Source of the DNA: an uncultured SAR86 cluster bacterium
GTDB taxonomy: Bacteria; Pseudomonadota; Gammaproteobacteria; Magnimaribacterales; AG-339-G14
Assembly (NCBI GenBank): GCA_902595715.1
Contig: CACJRI010000006.1
Span: 8,428 to 72,427 of the forward strand
Direction: 5' to 3'
Length of the DNA stretch: 64,000 nt
Positions 1 to 8,992 of the stretch are shown here, in pieces. A program made the position numbers and the translations under genes. The notes under the pieces are model-generated. The model was not told the origin of the DNA, did no database searches, and worked only from the letters and a program-made list of their open reading frames with translations. Every line of letters begins with the position of its first letter. Position 1 is the first letter of the stretch.

Positions 1-406
1 TTTTTCCAAAAGGCATTTAGCAACTGAAGAATCCCATCTTCAAAAGATTGAGGCAGTACTTCCAAAAAAAGATAGAAGCAAATTAGTTTGGTTGTGGAAG
101 GTTGCTGGCTTTTTACTCGGTTTTCTTCCCACACTATTTGGTCCAAAAATTGTCTTTGCCACTATCGAAGCTGTTGAAGCTTTCGTAGAAGAGCACTACG
201 AAGAACAACTCCAATATCTTCGAGCTCAACCAAATCCTAATCAAGAGCTAATAGATCTTCTTCAATCATGTCAGGACGATGAAATTGATCACAAACTTGA
301 ATCTGCTGAAAAGAAAAATTTAACCCCAGGCATTTTCATTAATCTTTGGACCAAAATAGTAGGCGGTGGCTCAGCTTTCGCAGTCAAGGTAGCTAAAATT
401 ATCTAA
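1..406 (+). CDS. coq7: Demethoxyubiquinone hydroxylase (Coq7 family), 5'-truncated by window edge
   Basis: Frame 2 is open from nt 2. The translation (..RHLATEESHL.. / ..EAVEAFVEEHYEEQLQYL.. / ..DDEIDHKLESAE) shows the repeated E-x-x-H di-iron motifs typical of Coq7. Stop at 404-406. Confidence 0.75.
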   Translation, partial: FSKRHLATEESHLQKIEAVLPKKDRSKLVWLWKVAGFLLGFLPTLFGPKIVFATIEAVEAFVEEHYEEQLQYLRAQPNPNQELIDLLQSCQDDEIDHKLESAEKKNLTPGIFINLWTKIVGGGSAFAVKVAKII

Positions 407-417
407 TAAAATTCCAG

Positions 418-445
418 TTGCATTTTCTCTTAATGTAAATATACT
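418..445 (+). promoter_or_regulatory. Candidate sigma70 promoter of umuDC (-35 TTGCAT, 16-nt spacer, -10 TATACT)
   Basis: TTGCAT at 418-423 and TATACT at 440-445. The -10 overlaps the LexA box, which is the classic SOS promoter layout. Confidence 0.55.
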
Positions 446-461
446 GTATATATATACAGTA
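442..461. promoter_or_regulatory. LexA (SOS) operator
   Basis: TACTGTATATATATACAGTA is a perfect 20-bp palindrome identical to the E. coli-type consensus TACTG(TA)5CAGTA. It lies 23 nt upstream of the umuD ATG. Confidence 0.9.
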
Positions 462-484
462 TTAATTATTCAACCTTAATATTT

Positions 485-910
485 ATGAATTTAAAACATT
501 TAGGGCAGATTGCAGACTCTGACGGAAACTCAGAAACACCTTTATTTTCTGAGTACGTTCAAGTAGGTTGGCCAAGTCCTGCAGATGACTACATAGAAAA
601 ATCAATTGATTTACACCAACTCCTAATAAAAGCCCCGGCTGCTACTTATCTCGTAAGAGCAAATGGAGACTCCATGTTAAATGCAGGAATCAATAATGGC
701 GCAATACTTATAGTTGATAGGAGTCTAGAGCCCAAACATGGTGACATCGTTATCGCCTCTATCGATGGCGCTTATGCTTGTAAGCGTCTTCAATTAACAC
801 CTAAGGTGGGTTTACTATCAGAGAACATTAAATACCCGCCAATTTTTTTAAAGAATGGAGAAGAACTAGACATAATGGGAGTTGTTACTGCGGCAATAAA
901 TCAGTTTTAA
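485..910 (+). CDS. umuD: Translesion polymerase V accessory subunit UmuD (LexA-like S24 peptidase)
   Basis: 141 aa. GDSM serine nucleophile and downstream lysine (ACKRL) of the S24 Ser-Lys dyad. Immediately precedes umuC and follows a LexA box. Confidence 0.9.
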   Translation: MNLKHLGQIADSDGNSETPLFSEYVQVGWPSPADDYIEKSIDLHQLLIKAPAATYLVRANGDSMLNAGINNGAILIVDRSLEPKHGDIVIASIDGAYACKRLQLTPKVGLLSENIKYPPIFLKNGEELDIMGVVTAAINQF

Positions 911-911
911 G

Positions 912-2174
912 ATGTTTGCTCTAGTAGACTGCAATAGTTTTTATGCTTCATGCGAAAGAGTTTTTAGACCAGATCTTAGGACAAAACCAGTAGTTGTTTT
1001 ATCAAATAATGATGGTTGCGTTGTCGCTTTAACTAAAGAAGCAAAAAATCTTGGAATCAAGATGTGCGATCCTTGGTTTAAAATTGAAAAGACATTCAAG
1101 CAAAAAGGTGGGATTGCATTCTCATCTAATTATGAACTGTATGGTGATATCTCATCTCGAATCATGAGTATTTTAGAAGAGCTTGCTCCTAAAGTAGAAA
1201 TTTATAGTATTGATGAAGCATTTCTTGATTTAACCGGTATAGCTAATTGCATGGACTTAGAAGAGTTCGGTAGAGTCTGTCAAAAAAAAATTATGCAGTA
1301 TACCGGGATGCCAGTTCGTGTCGGTATAGGCCCTACAAAGACCTTAGCCAAGGTTGCAAGTTATGGCGCTAAGCGTTATCCAGCTACTCAAGGAGTGCTA
1401 GATATCACTGCATTACATAAAAGAACAAAACTCATGAAGCTAATGCCGGTAAATGAAATATGGGGAGTAGGGCGAAGATTGAATAAGCGCCTTCTGTCCC
1501 AAAGGGTTTCAACCGCATTTAGCTTAAGCCAAATGGATATAGGACAGGTACGAAAACAATTTAGCATTATGTTGGTTAATACCATTAGAGAGTTAAGAGG
1601 AGAGACTTGTATTCCTTTGGATAATGCACCTGCGCCAAAAAAACAAATAGTAGTCAGTCGGACTTTTGGCAAACGCGTCACAGAATTAGATTTTTTAGAG
1701 GAAGCAGTCAGTGATTATGCAGCCCGAGCAGCTGAAAAATTAAGAAAAGAAGGAAAGGCTTGTAGGATTGTTTCTGTCTTCATTAGAACTAATCCTTTTA
1801 GAAAACAAGATGTCCAGCATAGAGAAATTAGATCAACTTCTCTTTTATATCCAACTAACGATACAAGAGACTTGATTAAATCCGCAAAACTTCTACTAAA
1901 GGATTTATATCGAAAAGACTTTAACTACAATAAAGCTGGCATTATGTTGAGTGATTTTTTTGATGAAACTATATATCAACTAGACTTGTTCAATCAAAAA
2001 GATAGAAATACCAGAGACTTTAAGATGATGAGCTTAATCGATCAAATTAACCAAAGTAATTTAGGACCTGTGAGTTTTCTTGCACAAGGAATTAAAAAAG
2101 AATGGTCAATGAAAAGAGAATTACAATCTCCTCGATATACGACCAACTTACGAGATATTTTAGCGGTTAATTAA
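912..2174 (+). CDS. umuC: Y-family DNA polymerase V catalytic subunit UmuC
   Basis: 420 aa. N-terminus MFALVDCNSFYASCERVFRPDL and SIDEAFLD are hallmark Y-family/UmuC motifs. Starts 1 nt after umuD. Confidence 0.95.
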   Translation: MFALVDCNSFYASCERVFRPDLRTKPVVVLSNNDGCVVALTKEAKNLGIKMCDPWFKIEKTFKQKGGIAFSSNYELYGDISSRIMSILEELAPKVEIYSIDEAFLDLTGIANCMDLEEFGRVCQKKIMQYTGMPVRVGIGPTKTLAKVASYGAKRYPATQGVLDITALHKRTKLMKLMPVNEIWGVGRRLNKRLLSQRVSTAFSLSQMDIGQVRKQFSIMLVNTIRELRGETCIPLDNAPAPKKQIVVSRTFGKRVTELDFLEEAVSDYAARAAEKLRKEGKACRIVSVFIRTNPFRKQDVQHREIRSTSLLYPTNDTRDLIKSAKLLLKDLYRKDFNYNKAGIMLSDFFDETIYQLDLFNQKDRNTRDFKMMSLIDQINQSNLGPVSFLAQGIKKEWSMKRELQSPRYTTNLRDILAVN

Positions 2175-2177
2175 AAC

Positions 2178-3203
2178 TTATTTATTGGAGAACCAAGCTA
2201 CATTGGAAGTAGATTCTTCTATTTTGTTTTGAACTCCTAAGACTAGAGAAAAGAGCGCCATTCTAATTAAAAGTCCATTGTCTGTTTGTCTATAAATAGC
2301 CAGATTAGGATTCTGATTGAGATCAGGATCTAATTCGTTTGCGTCTGGACGAGAATCGCGGGGAAGAGGATGCATGATTATGGTGTTGGGTTCACAGTTT
2401 TTTGTATAAATTTCTTGGTTTAAAGACATGAGCCCTTTGTACTTTCCAGACTCAGATTTACTTGAAAACCTTTCCTCTTGAATTCGAGTCATATAAATAA
2501 TATCTACGTCAGAAATTCCTTTTGTGATGTCATCTGTTTCAAAAAAACTTACAGACGATTCTTTAAAAGTTTCTTTAATAGAGGATGGAAGTTTTAACTT
2601 TTTAGGAGAAATTAAGTTTATGGTTACATTTTTATATAGGCAGAGAACCTTGCATAAAGAATGAACAGCTCTTCCGTATTTTAGGTCACCTATCAGAGCA
2701 ATTCTCAAACCGTCAATCGATTTATTTTTTGATTCCAGCTCTTTTTTTATCGTGTAAAGGTCCAACAAAGCTTGACTGGGATGTTCATTGTCACCATCGC
2801 CTCCATTTATGACAGGAACTCTTGAAGCTTCAGCAAATTCATTTACTGACCCTGCCTCATGATGACGCATGACAATTATGTCGCTGTAGCCACTTAAAAC
2901 TCTAGAGGTATCATAAAGAGATTCGCCTTTAGCCAATGAAGTTGCTTCTATTCCTGTAGTCTCTCTTACTTCTCCGCCTAAAATATTAAATGCACTTCCA
3001 AAGCTTATTCTGGTTCTTGTGCTGGGTTCGAAAAACATGTTTGAAAGAATTGCACCTTGAAGTACACGAGTAATTCTTTCTCTTTTTGCGTAAGGAACTA
3101 GAGCGTCAGAGGTTGTAAATATTTTTTCTATGTCAGTTCTTTCAAACTGATCTATGGAGAGAATGTGGCTTCCTAGGAACTCCATGGCGAGCCATTCTAG
3201 CAT
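2178..3203 (-). CDS. pyrB: Aspartate carbamoyltransferase catalytic chain
   Basis: STRTR carbamoyl-phosphate motif, EHPSQALLD and HPLPR motifs. The true start may be Met7 (nt 3185). No pyrI is adjacent. Confidence 0.95.
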   Translation of the reverse strand: MLEWLAMEFLGSHILSIDQFERTDIEKIFTTSDALVPYAKRERITRVLQGAILSNMFFEPSTRTRISFGSAFNILGGEVRETTGIEATSLAKGESLYDTSRVLSGYSDIIVMRHHEAGSVNEFAEASRVPVINGGDGDNEHPSQALLDLYTIKKELESKNKSIDGLRIALIGDLKYGRAVHSLCKVLCLYKNVTINLISPKKLKLPSSIKETFKESSVSFFETDDITKGISDVDIIYMTRIQEERFSSKSESGKYKGLMSLNQEIYTKNCEPNTIIMHPLPRDSRPDANELDPDLNQNPNLAIYRQTDNGLLIRMALFSLVLGVQNKIEESTSNVAWFSNK

Positions 3204-3259
3204 TAAATTATTTATTTTATGGAATTAATAATTTTTAAAAATTCTTGTATGATAAATCC

Positions 3260-3775
3260 ATGTCTAGCGATTGTTTGATACTTAATGGAAACGGAAAACC
3301 TCTGAGTTATTTTCCTTTATCGGCAGTAGATTGGAAAACTGCCGTCAAATTGGTATTTACTAGAAACGTTATTGTTATTAAAGAGCATGATGATTGGGAA
3401 GTAAGATCGCCATCGCAATCTTTCAAAGTACCGAGTATTGTTATGCTAAGAAAGTATTACAAGTTTTCAAAAAAAGTTAAGTTTTCAAGATCTAATGTAT
3501 TTTTGAGAGATATGTTTACTTGCCAATACTGCAAAAATGTTTTCGAAAAAAAAGATTTAACTATTGATCATATAATTCCAAAAAGTAAGGGTGGAGAAAC
3601 TAATTGGTTAAATGTAACTACCTGCTGTAAATCTTGTAATTTATCCAAAGCAGATAAAATAATTGAACCTTCTCCAGAGGTAAAAACTCCTTCTTTAAGA
3701 GATCTAATAAAAGGTCAAGAATCTATAGGAATAAAAAAAATAGAAACCGATTGGCAGGAATATATAGTCGCCTAA
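3260..3775 (+). CDS. HNH endonuclease family protein
   Basis: CQYC...DHIIPKSKGGETNWLNVTTCCKSCNLSKADK is an HNH/zinc-finger nuclease motif. The ORF is open from TTG 3245; ATG 3260 is preferred. Confidence 0.8.
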   Translation: MSSDCLILNGNGKPLSYFPLSAVDWKTAVKLVFTRNVIVIKEHDDWEVRSPSQSFKVPSIVMLRKYYKFSKKVKFSRSNVFLRDMFTCQYCKNVFEKKDLTIDHIIPKSKGGETNWLNVTTCCKSCNLSKADKIIEPSPEVKTPSLRDLIKGQESIGIKKIETDWQEYIVA

Positions 3776-3776
3776 A

Positions 3777-5789
3777 TTAATTTAAGTAATCTTGAATTAC
3801 CGATTCGGTTAAGATTTCTGGCAAAATAATTGGCACGCTTTTATCATCTGGATAATAAATATAAAGCGGAATACTTGATCTCCCAAAGCTAGCAAGTTTT
3901 TTTGCTATGAATTCATTTTTATTTGTCCAGTCTGCTTCTAAGTAAAAGATATTTTTTTTCTCAAAAAATTTTAGAGTTTCTTCAGTCTTCAGAGCAACTC
4001 TTTCATTAACTTTACAAGTGATGCACCAATCAGCTGTGAAATTTAAAAAAACGGGACCTTTTGCTAACCTCTTTGCCAACTCTTCATCACTAAAAATATT
4101 ATTATCTTGCTCAAGAGAAGCTTTTTGTATTGGCAACGTGAAGAATAAGGAAACTAAGACTGCTAGGTAAACAAGATTTCTAAATTGCAATCCTATCTTA
4201 GAAGATATTTTGAGTTGGTTTAACCAGTAAAAAAATACAATTAAAGAAATCCCTAAAAGTACTAAGACAAGCTGGAAAGAATCAATCTGGCTACTTAAGA
4301 CCCATACCAGCCACAAAGCAGTAAGAATCATAGGAAAGGCCATAAATTGCTTAAAAGTTTCCATCCAAGTTCCAGGTCTTGGAAGTAAGGAGAGCAAACT
4401 CGGAAAAATTGACAAAAGAATATATGGCAAAGCAAATCCAATGCCCAAAGAAAGAAAAATTAAAAAAGATGAAAAGCCTGGTTGGAGGATAGCAAAACCT
4501 AACGCCGAGCCCATAAATGGTGCAGTACAAGGGGTAGCAACAATCACTGCTAGAAAGCCTGTGCCAAAAGAATTCATATAGCTAGGAGTACTAATTCCAG
4601 AGGGACCTATACTAAGTAAAGAATTTAAGAAATTAACATTCAATAAAAAGAATCCAGCTAAGAAAATGAAGAGGAAAATCAATAAACTTACAACCAGGGG
4701 CGACTGAAGTTGATATCCCCATCCAATATCCATGCCTAATCCTTTTAAAAGAACTACAGAAAGGCCAATTAAAACGAACATTAAGATTGATCCAGACGAA
4801 AAAGCAAAACCATGTAATGAAGTTTGAGCTTTATTTTCAGAGTGATTGATAAAATTTAGAATTTTCAAAGAGATTACAGGAAAAACGCATGGCATTAAAT
4901 TTAGTAAAAGACCACCAATCAAAGAAAATAAAATTGCAGCTGAAAGAGAGATGAATTCTGGATTTATAGTTGATTCAGTAGCGATAAAATCAGAAGCTAA
5001 TTCAATTTCATAATCACCCATATTTGTTTTCAAAACACCACCTGACAAACTTTTAGCTTTATTACTTTCAAGAAGATTTATATTTAGCTTAATTTCATCA
5101 AAGTTTTTTTCTAATTTTTGATTGAATGAGTAATCAATTACATATTCCTCATAGGGAAAGAAATAAGCATCTTTTATATCAGAACCAATATCACTAAGAT
5201 TTAGGGTAAGTATTCCACTTTCAATTTTAGAGCTTATTTTTTGCTTTAATGTTTTTGGAATAGTCGATCTAACTTCGCTAATTAAAATGTTTTGAATTGA
5301 AAAATCATTACTGCTTCCTTTTGAAAGTACAAAGTTCACTTTTCCTTCTTGAGGTATACAAACATCTGCACATACTAACCATTTTGATTTCACAGAAAAT
5401 TTATTGATTGGATCAAATTGCTTGGGAAGGGACAGTTTGAAGAGAAGCTTTAACTCATCTGTATAACCAAAAGTAGTTAGGGGAGGATAAGGTATCAGTT
5501 CAGGAGTAGGCCAAATTGGCTCAGAAATATTAAATCCTTCAGGAAGGTCCCAATTGAAAGATGCAGGATCCCCTGAATCTCCAGGATTGATCCAATAGGT
5601 ATGCCAATCTTTATTTAAATTGAATCTTACAACTAAGAAGATTTCACTTTCATTAACAATAACATTTCTTTCAGGGATTACTTCGAAAGACGAATTTGAG
5701 GCGACATACTTGTTTTCTAATAGAGCTTCAGAGCTCAAAAGAATTAACGATAGAAATAACAGGATTGGATAATTTCTAAGCCTTGCCAT
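3777..5789 (-). CDS. dsbD: Thiol:disulfide interchange protein DsbD (N-terminal DsbD-alpha, CcdA-like membrane core, C-terminal thioredoxin)
   Basis: 670 aa. Signal peptide, multi-pass core with conserved NLMPCVFP and TPCTAPF cysteines, and a C-terminal WCITCK thioredoxin motif. Confidence 0.85.
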   Translation of the reverse strand: MARLRNYPILLFLSLILLSSEALLENKYVASNSSFEVIPERNVIVNESEIFLVVRFNLNKDWHTYWINPGDSGDPASFNWDLPEGFNISEPIWPTPELIPYPPLTTFGYTDELKLLFKLSLPKQFDPINKFSVKSKWLVCADVCIPQEGKVNFVLSKGSSNDFSIQNILISEVRSTIPKTLKQKISSKIESGILTLNLSDIGSDIKDAYFFPYEEYVIDYSFNQKLEKNFDEIKLNINLLESNKAKSLSGGVLKTNMGDYEIELASDFIATESTINPEFISLSAAILFSLIGGLLLNLMPCVFPVISLKILNFINHSENKAQTSLHGFAFSSGSILMFVLIGLSVVLLKGLGMDIGWGYQLQSPLVVSLLIFLFIFLAGFFLLNVNFLNSLLSIGPSGISTPSYMNSFGTGFLAVIVATPCTAPFMGSALGFAILQPGFSSFLIFLSLGIGFALPYILLSIFPSLLSLLPRPGTWMETFKQFMAFPMILTALWLVWVLSSQIDSFQLVLVLLGISLIVFFYWLNQLKISSKIGLQFRNLVYLAVLVSLFFTLPIQKASLEQDNNIFSDEELAKRLAKGPVFLNFTADWCITCKVNERVALKTEETLKFFEKKNIFYLEADWTNKNEFIAKKLASFGRSSIPLYIYYPDDKSVPIILPEILTESVIQDYLN

Positions 5790-6372
5790 AATTACTACTT
5801 ACTAAATTAAGATTAAAGCCTGCAAGTTTACTTGCCTCTTCAATCTTTTTATCACTCTTAGTTGAAAAGATTATTTGCTCATTAGCAGGAATTATTACCC
5901 AAGAACCCTGTTGGATTTCTTTTTCAAGTTGACCAGAACTCCAGCCTGTATATCCAAACGAAACTATAAATTTATCAGGAAAATTTTTATTGAGAATTGA
6001 TTGAATTATATCTGGTTTTGATGACACTCCAATTTCAGAAGTAATTTCATGGGTTTCATCATATTTTTTTTCTAAACTATGAAGTACAAATGGTGAAAAA
6101 GGGGTAACAGGACCTCCTAAAAATACTTTATCGTCATTCAGAATCGCTTCTAGCTCTTTGTCTGGTTGTAAGGCAAAATCTTTTAAATTAATTTTTACCT
6201 TCTTATTTATAATAATTCCAAATGAACCTTCTTCATCATTTTTACATAAGTAAATTAGAGCATTTTTGAAATAGTTTTCTTCTTCATCAGTTTGACAAAA
6301 ATATAAGAAACTATTTTCTAATTCAGTAATCATTATTATTTCAATATATTGCTTATATTCATTAGAATTCAC
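5776..6372 (-). CDS. yqgE: YqgE/AlgH family protein (UPF0301)
   Basis: GIIINKKV..GGPV..FVLH..GYTGWSSGQLEKEIQQGSWV pattern typical of AlgH/YqgE. Alternative start Met14 at nt 6333. Confidence 0.75.
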   Translation of the reverse strand: MNSNEYKQYIEIIMITELENSFLYFCQTDEEENYFKNALIYLCKNDEEGSFGIIINKKVKINLKDFALQPDKELEAILNDDKVFLGGPVTPFSPFVLHSLEKKYDETHEITSEIGVSSKPDIIQSILNKNFPDKFIVSFGYTGWSSGQLEKEIQQGSWVIIPANEQIIFSTKSDKKIEEASKLAGFNLNLVSSNYGKA

Positions 6373-6390
6373 AATATATTTTTAAAACTT

Positions 6391-7428
6391 ATGAAATCTT
6401 CTTCTATTGAACTAGTACCTGAGAATTTATTGGCTTCGCATAAAAGAAAGCTTTATGCCGAAGATAAAATTACTCCAGAAGAAATTGAATTAGTAAAAAA
6501 AATTAAAGATAAAGTTCAAGAGAATAATATATCTCTTATTTCTCATTACTACACAGATACAAAAATTCAAAAAATTACCGAAGAACTCAACGGATGTGTT
6601 TCTGATTCCTTGCAAATGGCTAAGTTTGGAAAAGAATCTAAATCAAATACTCTTGTAGTCTCAGGTGTAAAGTTTATGGGAGAGACCGCTAAAATTTTAA
6701 GTCCAGAAAAAAAGGTTTATATGCCTACCTTAGAGGCAACTTGCTCTTTAGACTTGGGATGTCCTGCTAATGAGTTTAAGAAATTTTGTGAAGACTTTCC
6801 GGATAGAGAAATAGTCGTATATGCAAATACCTCAGCTGAAGTTAAAGCTATTTCAGATTGGGTTGTTACTTCTAGCATTGCTTTAGATGTCGTCGATTAC
6901 CTCGATTCCGAAGGAAAAAAAATTATTTGGGGTCCAGATAAACATTTAGGAAGATATATTCAACAAAAAACCAAAGCCGATATGGTTTTATGGGATGGAG
7001 CTTGCGTTGTTCATGAAGAATTCAAATATGAAGGTCTCAAATCTCTTATGAAACTGCACCAAGATGCTAAGGTTTTAGTTCATCCAGAATCACCTCATGA
7101 CGTGATAGATTTAGCAGACTGTGTTGGCTCAACATCACAAATAATAGACTACGCTAACAATTCGTCTTCCCAGAAATTTATAGTCGCAACGGACAAAGGA
7201 ATTTTTTATCAGTTAATGAAAAATAATCCAGATAAAGAGTTTTTTGAAGCTCCAACTGCAGGAGACGGCGCTACATGTAATAGTTGTTCAAGGTGTCCCT
7301 GGATGGGCATGAACTCTCTTGAAAATTTATTAGATGCAGTTTCCGACCAAGGAGACGAAATTTATGTAGATAACGAAATTGTAAAAAAAGCCCAAATTTC
7401 TCTTAATCGTATGGTCAACTTTAAATAA
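6391..7428 (+). CDS. nadA: Quinolinate synthase A
   Basis: HYYT, FMGETAKIL, the cysteine trio (ATCSL / ACVVHEEF / CNSCSRCPWM) and adjacency to nadC. The ORF is open from 6349; ATG 6391 is preferred. Confidence 0.9.
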   Translation: MKSSSIELVPENLLASHKRKLYAEDKITPEEIELVKKIKDKVQENNISLISHYYTDTKIQKITEELNGCVSDSLQMAKFGKESKSNTLVVSGVKFMGETAKILSPEKKVYMPTLEATCSLDLGCPANEFKKFCEDFPDREIVVYANTSAEVKAISDWVVTSSIALDVVDYLDSEGKKIIWGPDKHLGRYIQQKTKADMVLWDGACVVHEEFKYEGLKSLMKLHQDAKVLVHPESPHDVIDLADCVGSTSQIIDYANNSSSQKFIVATDKGIFYQLMKNNPDKEFFEAPTAGDGATCNSCSRCPWMGMNSLENLLDAVSDQGDEIYVDNEIVKKAQISLNRMVNFK

Positions 7429-7429
7429 A

Positions 7430-8263
7430 TTGAAATTAAAAAAAAGCATAGTCAGAGATAGTGTAAAGCGAGCTTTACTTGAAGATGGCTTTAAAAGCGA
7501 TCTTTCTTTAAAAGCAAAAAACATCAATACAAAGAATATTTTAAAAGCGTCCCTCATATCTAGGGAAAATGGAATTTTAAGCGGTAGTCTATGGTTCGAA
7601 GAATCCTTCAAGCAAATTGATAAGAAAGCAAAAATTAAATGGAGCGTAATTGAAGGAGAGGCTTTTAAAAAAAATAATATAATTGCCGAAATAAATGCTA
7701 GCTCACAATCAATTCTTTCAGGAGAGAGAACAGCTTTAAATTTTTTACAATTAATGTCTGGAATATCTACTAAAACAAATAAATATTCACAACTCCTTAA
7801 AAACAGCAATATCGAATTATTAGATACCAGAAAGACTCTTCCCGGGCTTAGATACGAACAAAAGTATTCAACTTTTGTTGGAGGAGCTAAAAATCATAGA
7901 TTCGGCCTTTATGATGCAATTATGCTAAAAGATAATCACCTAAAAGCTTTTGGCGGTATTAAAAAAATAAGAAACATTAAATTTTTAAAAAAGGGAGATT
8001 TTTTAGAGATTGAGATCGAAAAGCTTTCTCAAATTAAAGCAGCATTGAAGAGCAAACCGGATATTTTATTACTGGATAATTTAAATCTTAGCGAAATAAA
8101 ACAGGCAATTTCTTTAATTGACAATAAATGTTTGATCGAAGTTTCAGGAATAAAGAAGCCTGAAGATATTAAAAAATATAAAGATCTTCCTATCCATTAT
8201 ATTTCTCTAGGAGATCTTACAAAAAATATTAAATCTATAGATTTTTCTTTAAATATTTCATGA
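7430..8263 (+). CDS. nadC: Nicotinate-nucleotide pyrophosphorylase (carboxylating)
   Basis: GERTALNFLQ..SGI.T, TRKT.PGLR, KNHR and MLKDNH motifs of QPRTase. TTG start 1 nt after nadA. Confidence 0.9.
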   Translation: MKLKKSIVRDSVKRALLEDGFKSDLSLKAKNINTKNILKASLISRENGILSGSLWFEESFKQIDKKAKIKWSVIEGEAFKKNNIIAEINASSQSILSGERTALNFLQLMSGISTKTNKYSQLLKNSNIELLDTRKTLPGLRYEQKYSTFVGGAKNHRFGLYDAIMLKDNHLKAFGGIKKIRNIKFLKKGDFLEIEIEKLSQIKAALKSKPDILLLDNLNLSEIKQAISLIDNKCLIEVSGIKKPEDIKKYKDLPIHYISLGDLTKNIKSIDFSLNIS

Positions 8264-8979
8264 AGCCAATAGTAATTTTTTGTTTGTTTTTATTAATTCT
8301 TTCCGGTTGCTCTCAACAAAATGAGAATATTTCAATGCAAGATAAAAAAATTTATGAATTTTCTTGGTGTAGTTATAAGGATGGTTTCAAGGCTCAAGAT
8401 CTAAATAATGAGTTAGTTGCTTATTTAGGATTTTTAAAAAATCTCAAAGATCAACATGGATTATCTAAAGAAACTAAATACTTGGATCCATCTTTCAAGC
8501 AAACAAAATATGATTTTTCCTGGCTAGATATTTTTGTAAATGAATTGGAAAAGAAAGCGTTTAATGAGTTTGCAGAAAACTCTGAAATTTACAAAAACTG
8601 GCTGAGTAGTAAAGATGAAATAATTATCTGTGATTCTCAAAAACAGACATTCTATGAAACCAAAGTTGTGAATGATTATGATTTTTTAGACGGTGATCAG
8701 ACTTATGTGGGTTTTTGTAAATTAAAGGATGGATTTGATTTGAGTTATATATTGTCTGAGATTGAGAGAAATTCTATTTTTGTGGATAGACCCTATAATC
8801 AAGTAGTACTTTCTCCAGATTTCAACATGATAGATTTTAATTTTTTAATATATTTGGAAACAAACTTTGTTACGAATGATCTAGATCTTATAAAAAGAAA
8901 TAGACTAGCAAATGCTTGTGAAGAATATGAAAATTACTCATCAAATAGTTTATTATTTAATACTTACATCATCGATTAA
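8260..8979 (+). CDS. Hypothetical lipoprotein with internal tandem duplication
   Basis: Signal peptide plus lipobox LLILSGC. The ATGA overlap with the nadC stop indicates co-translation. No recognisable catalytic motif. Confidence 0.6.
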   Translation: MKPIVIFCLFLLILSGCSQQNENISMQDKKIYEFSWCSYKDGFKAQDLNNELVAYLGFLKNLKDQHGLSKETKYLDPSFKQTKYDFSWLDIFVNELEKKAFNEFAENSEIYKNWLSSKDEIIICDSQKQTFYETKVVNDYDFLDGDQTYVGFCKLKDGFDLSYILSEIERNSIFVDRPYNQVVLSPDFNMIDFNFLIYLETNFVTNDLDLIKRNRLANACEEYENYSSNSLLFNTYIID

Positions 8980-8992
8980 CTGAGGTTTAATT

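Noticed and set aside
7330-7809. 159-aa minus-strand ORF, and similar antisense ORFs (e.g. 1388-1681, 15091-15372, 18586-18870, 26857-27165, 32739-33035, 33123-33476, 35387-35755, 39394-39615, 46608-46961, 49029-49391, 62240-62545, 63107-63421)
   Set aside because: All lie entirely inside, and antisense to, long ORFs with clear family motifs. Their translations lack recognisable motifs and are the shadow ORFs expected in AT-rich DNA.
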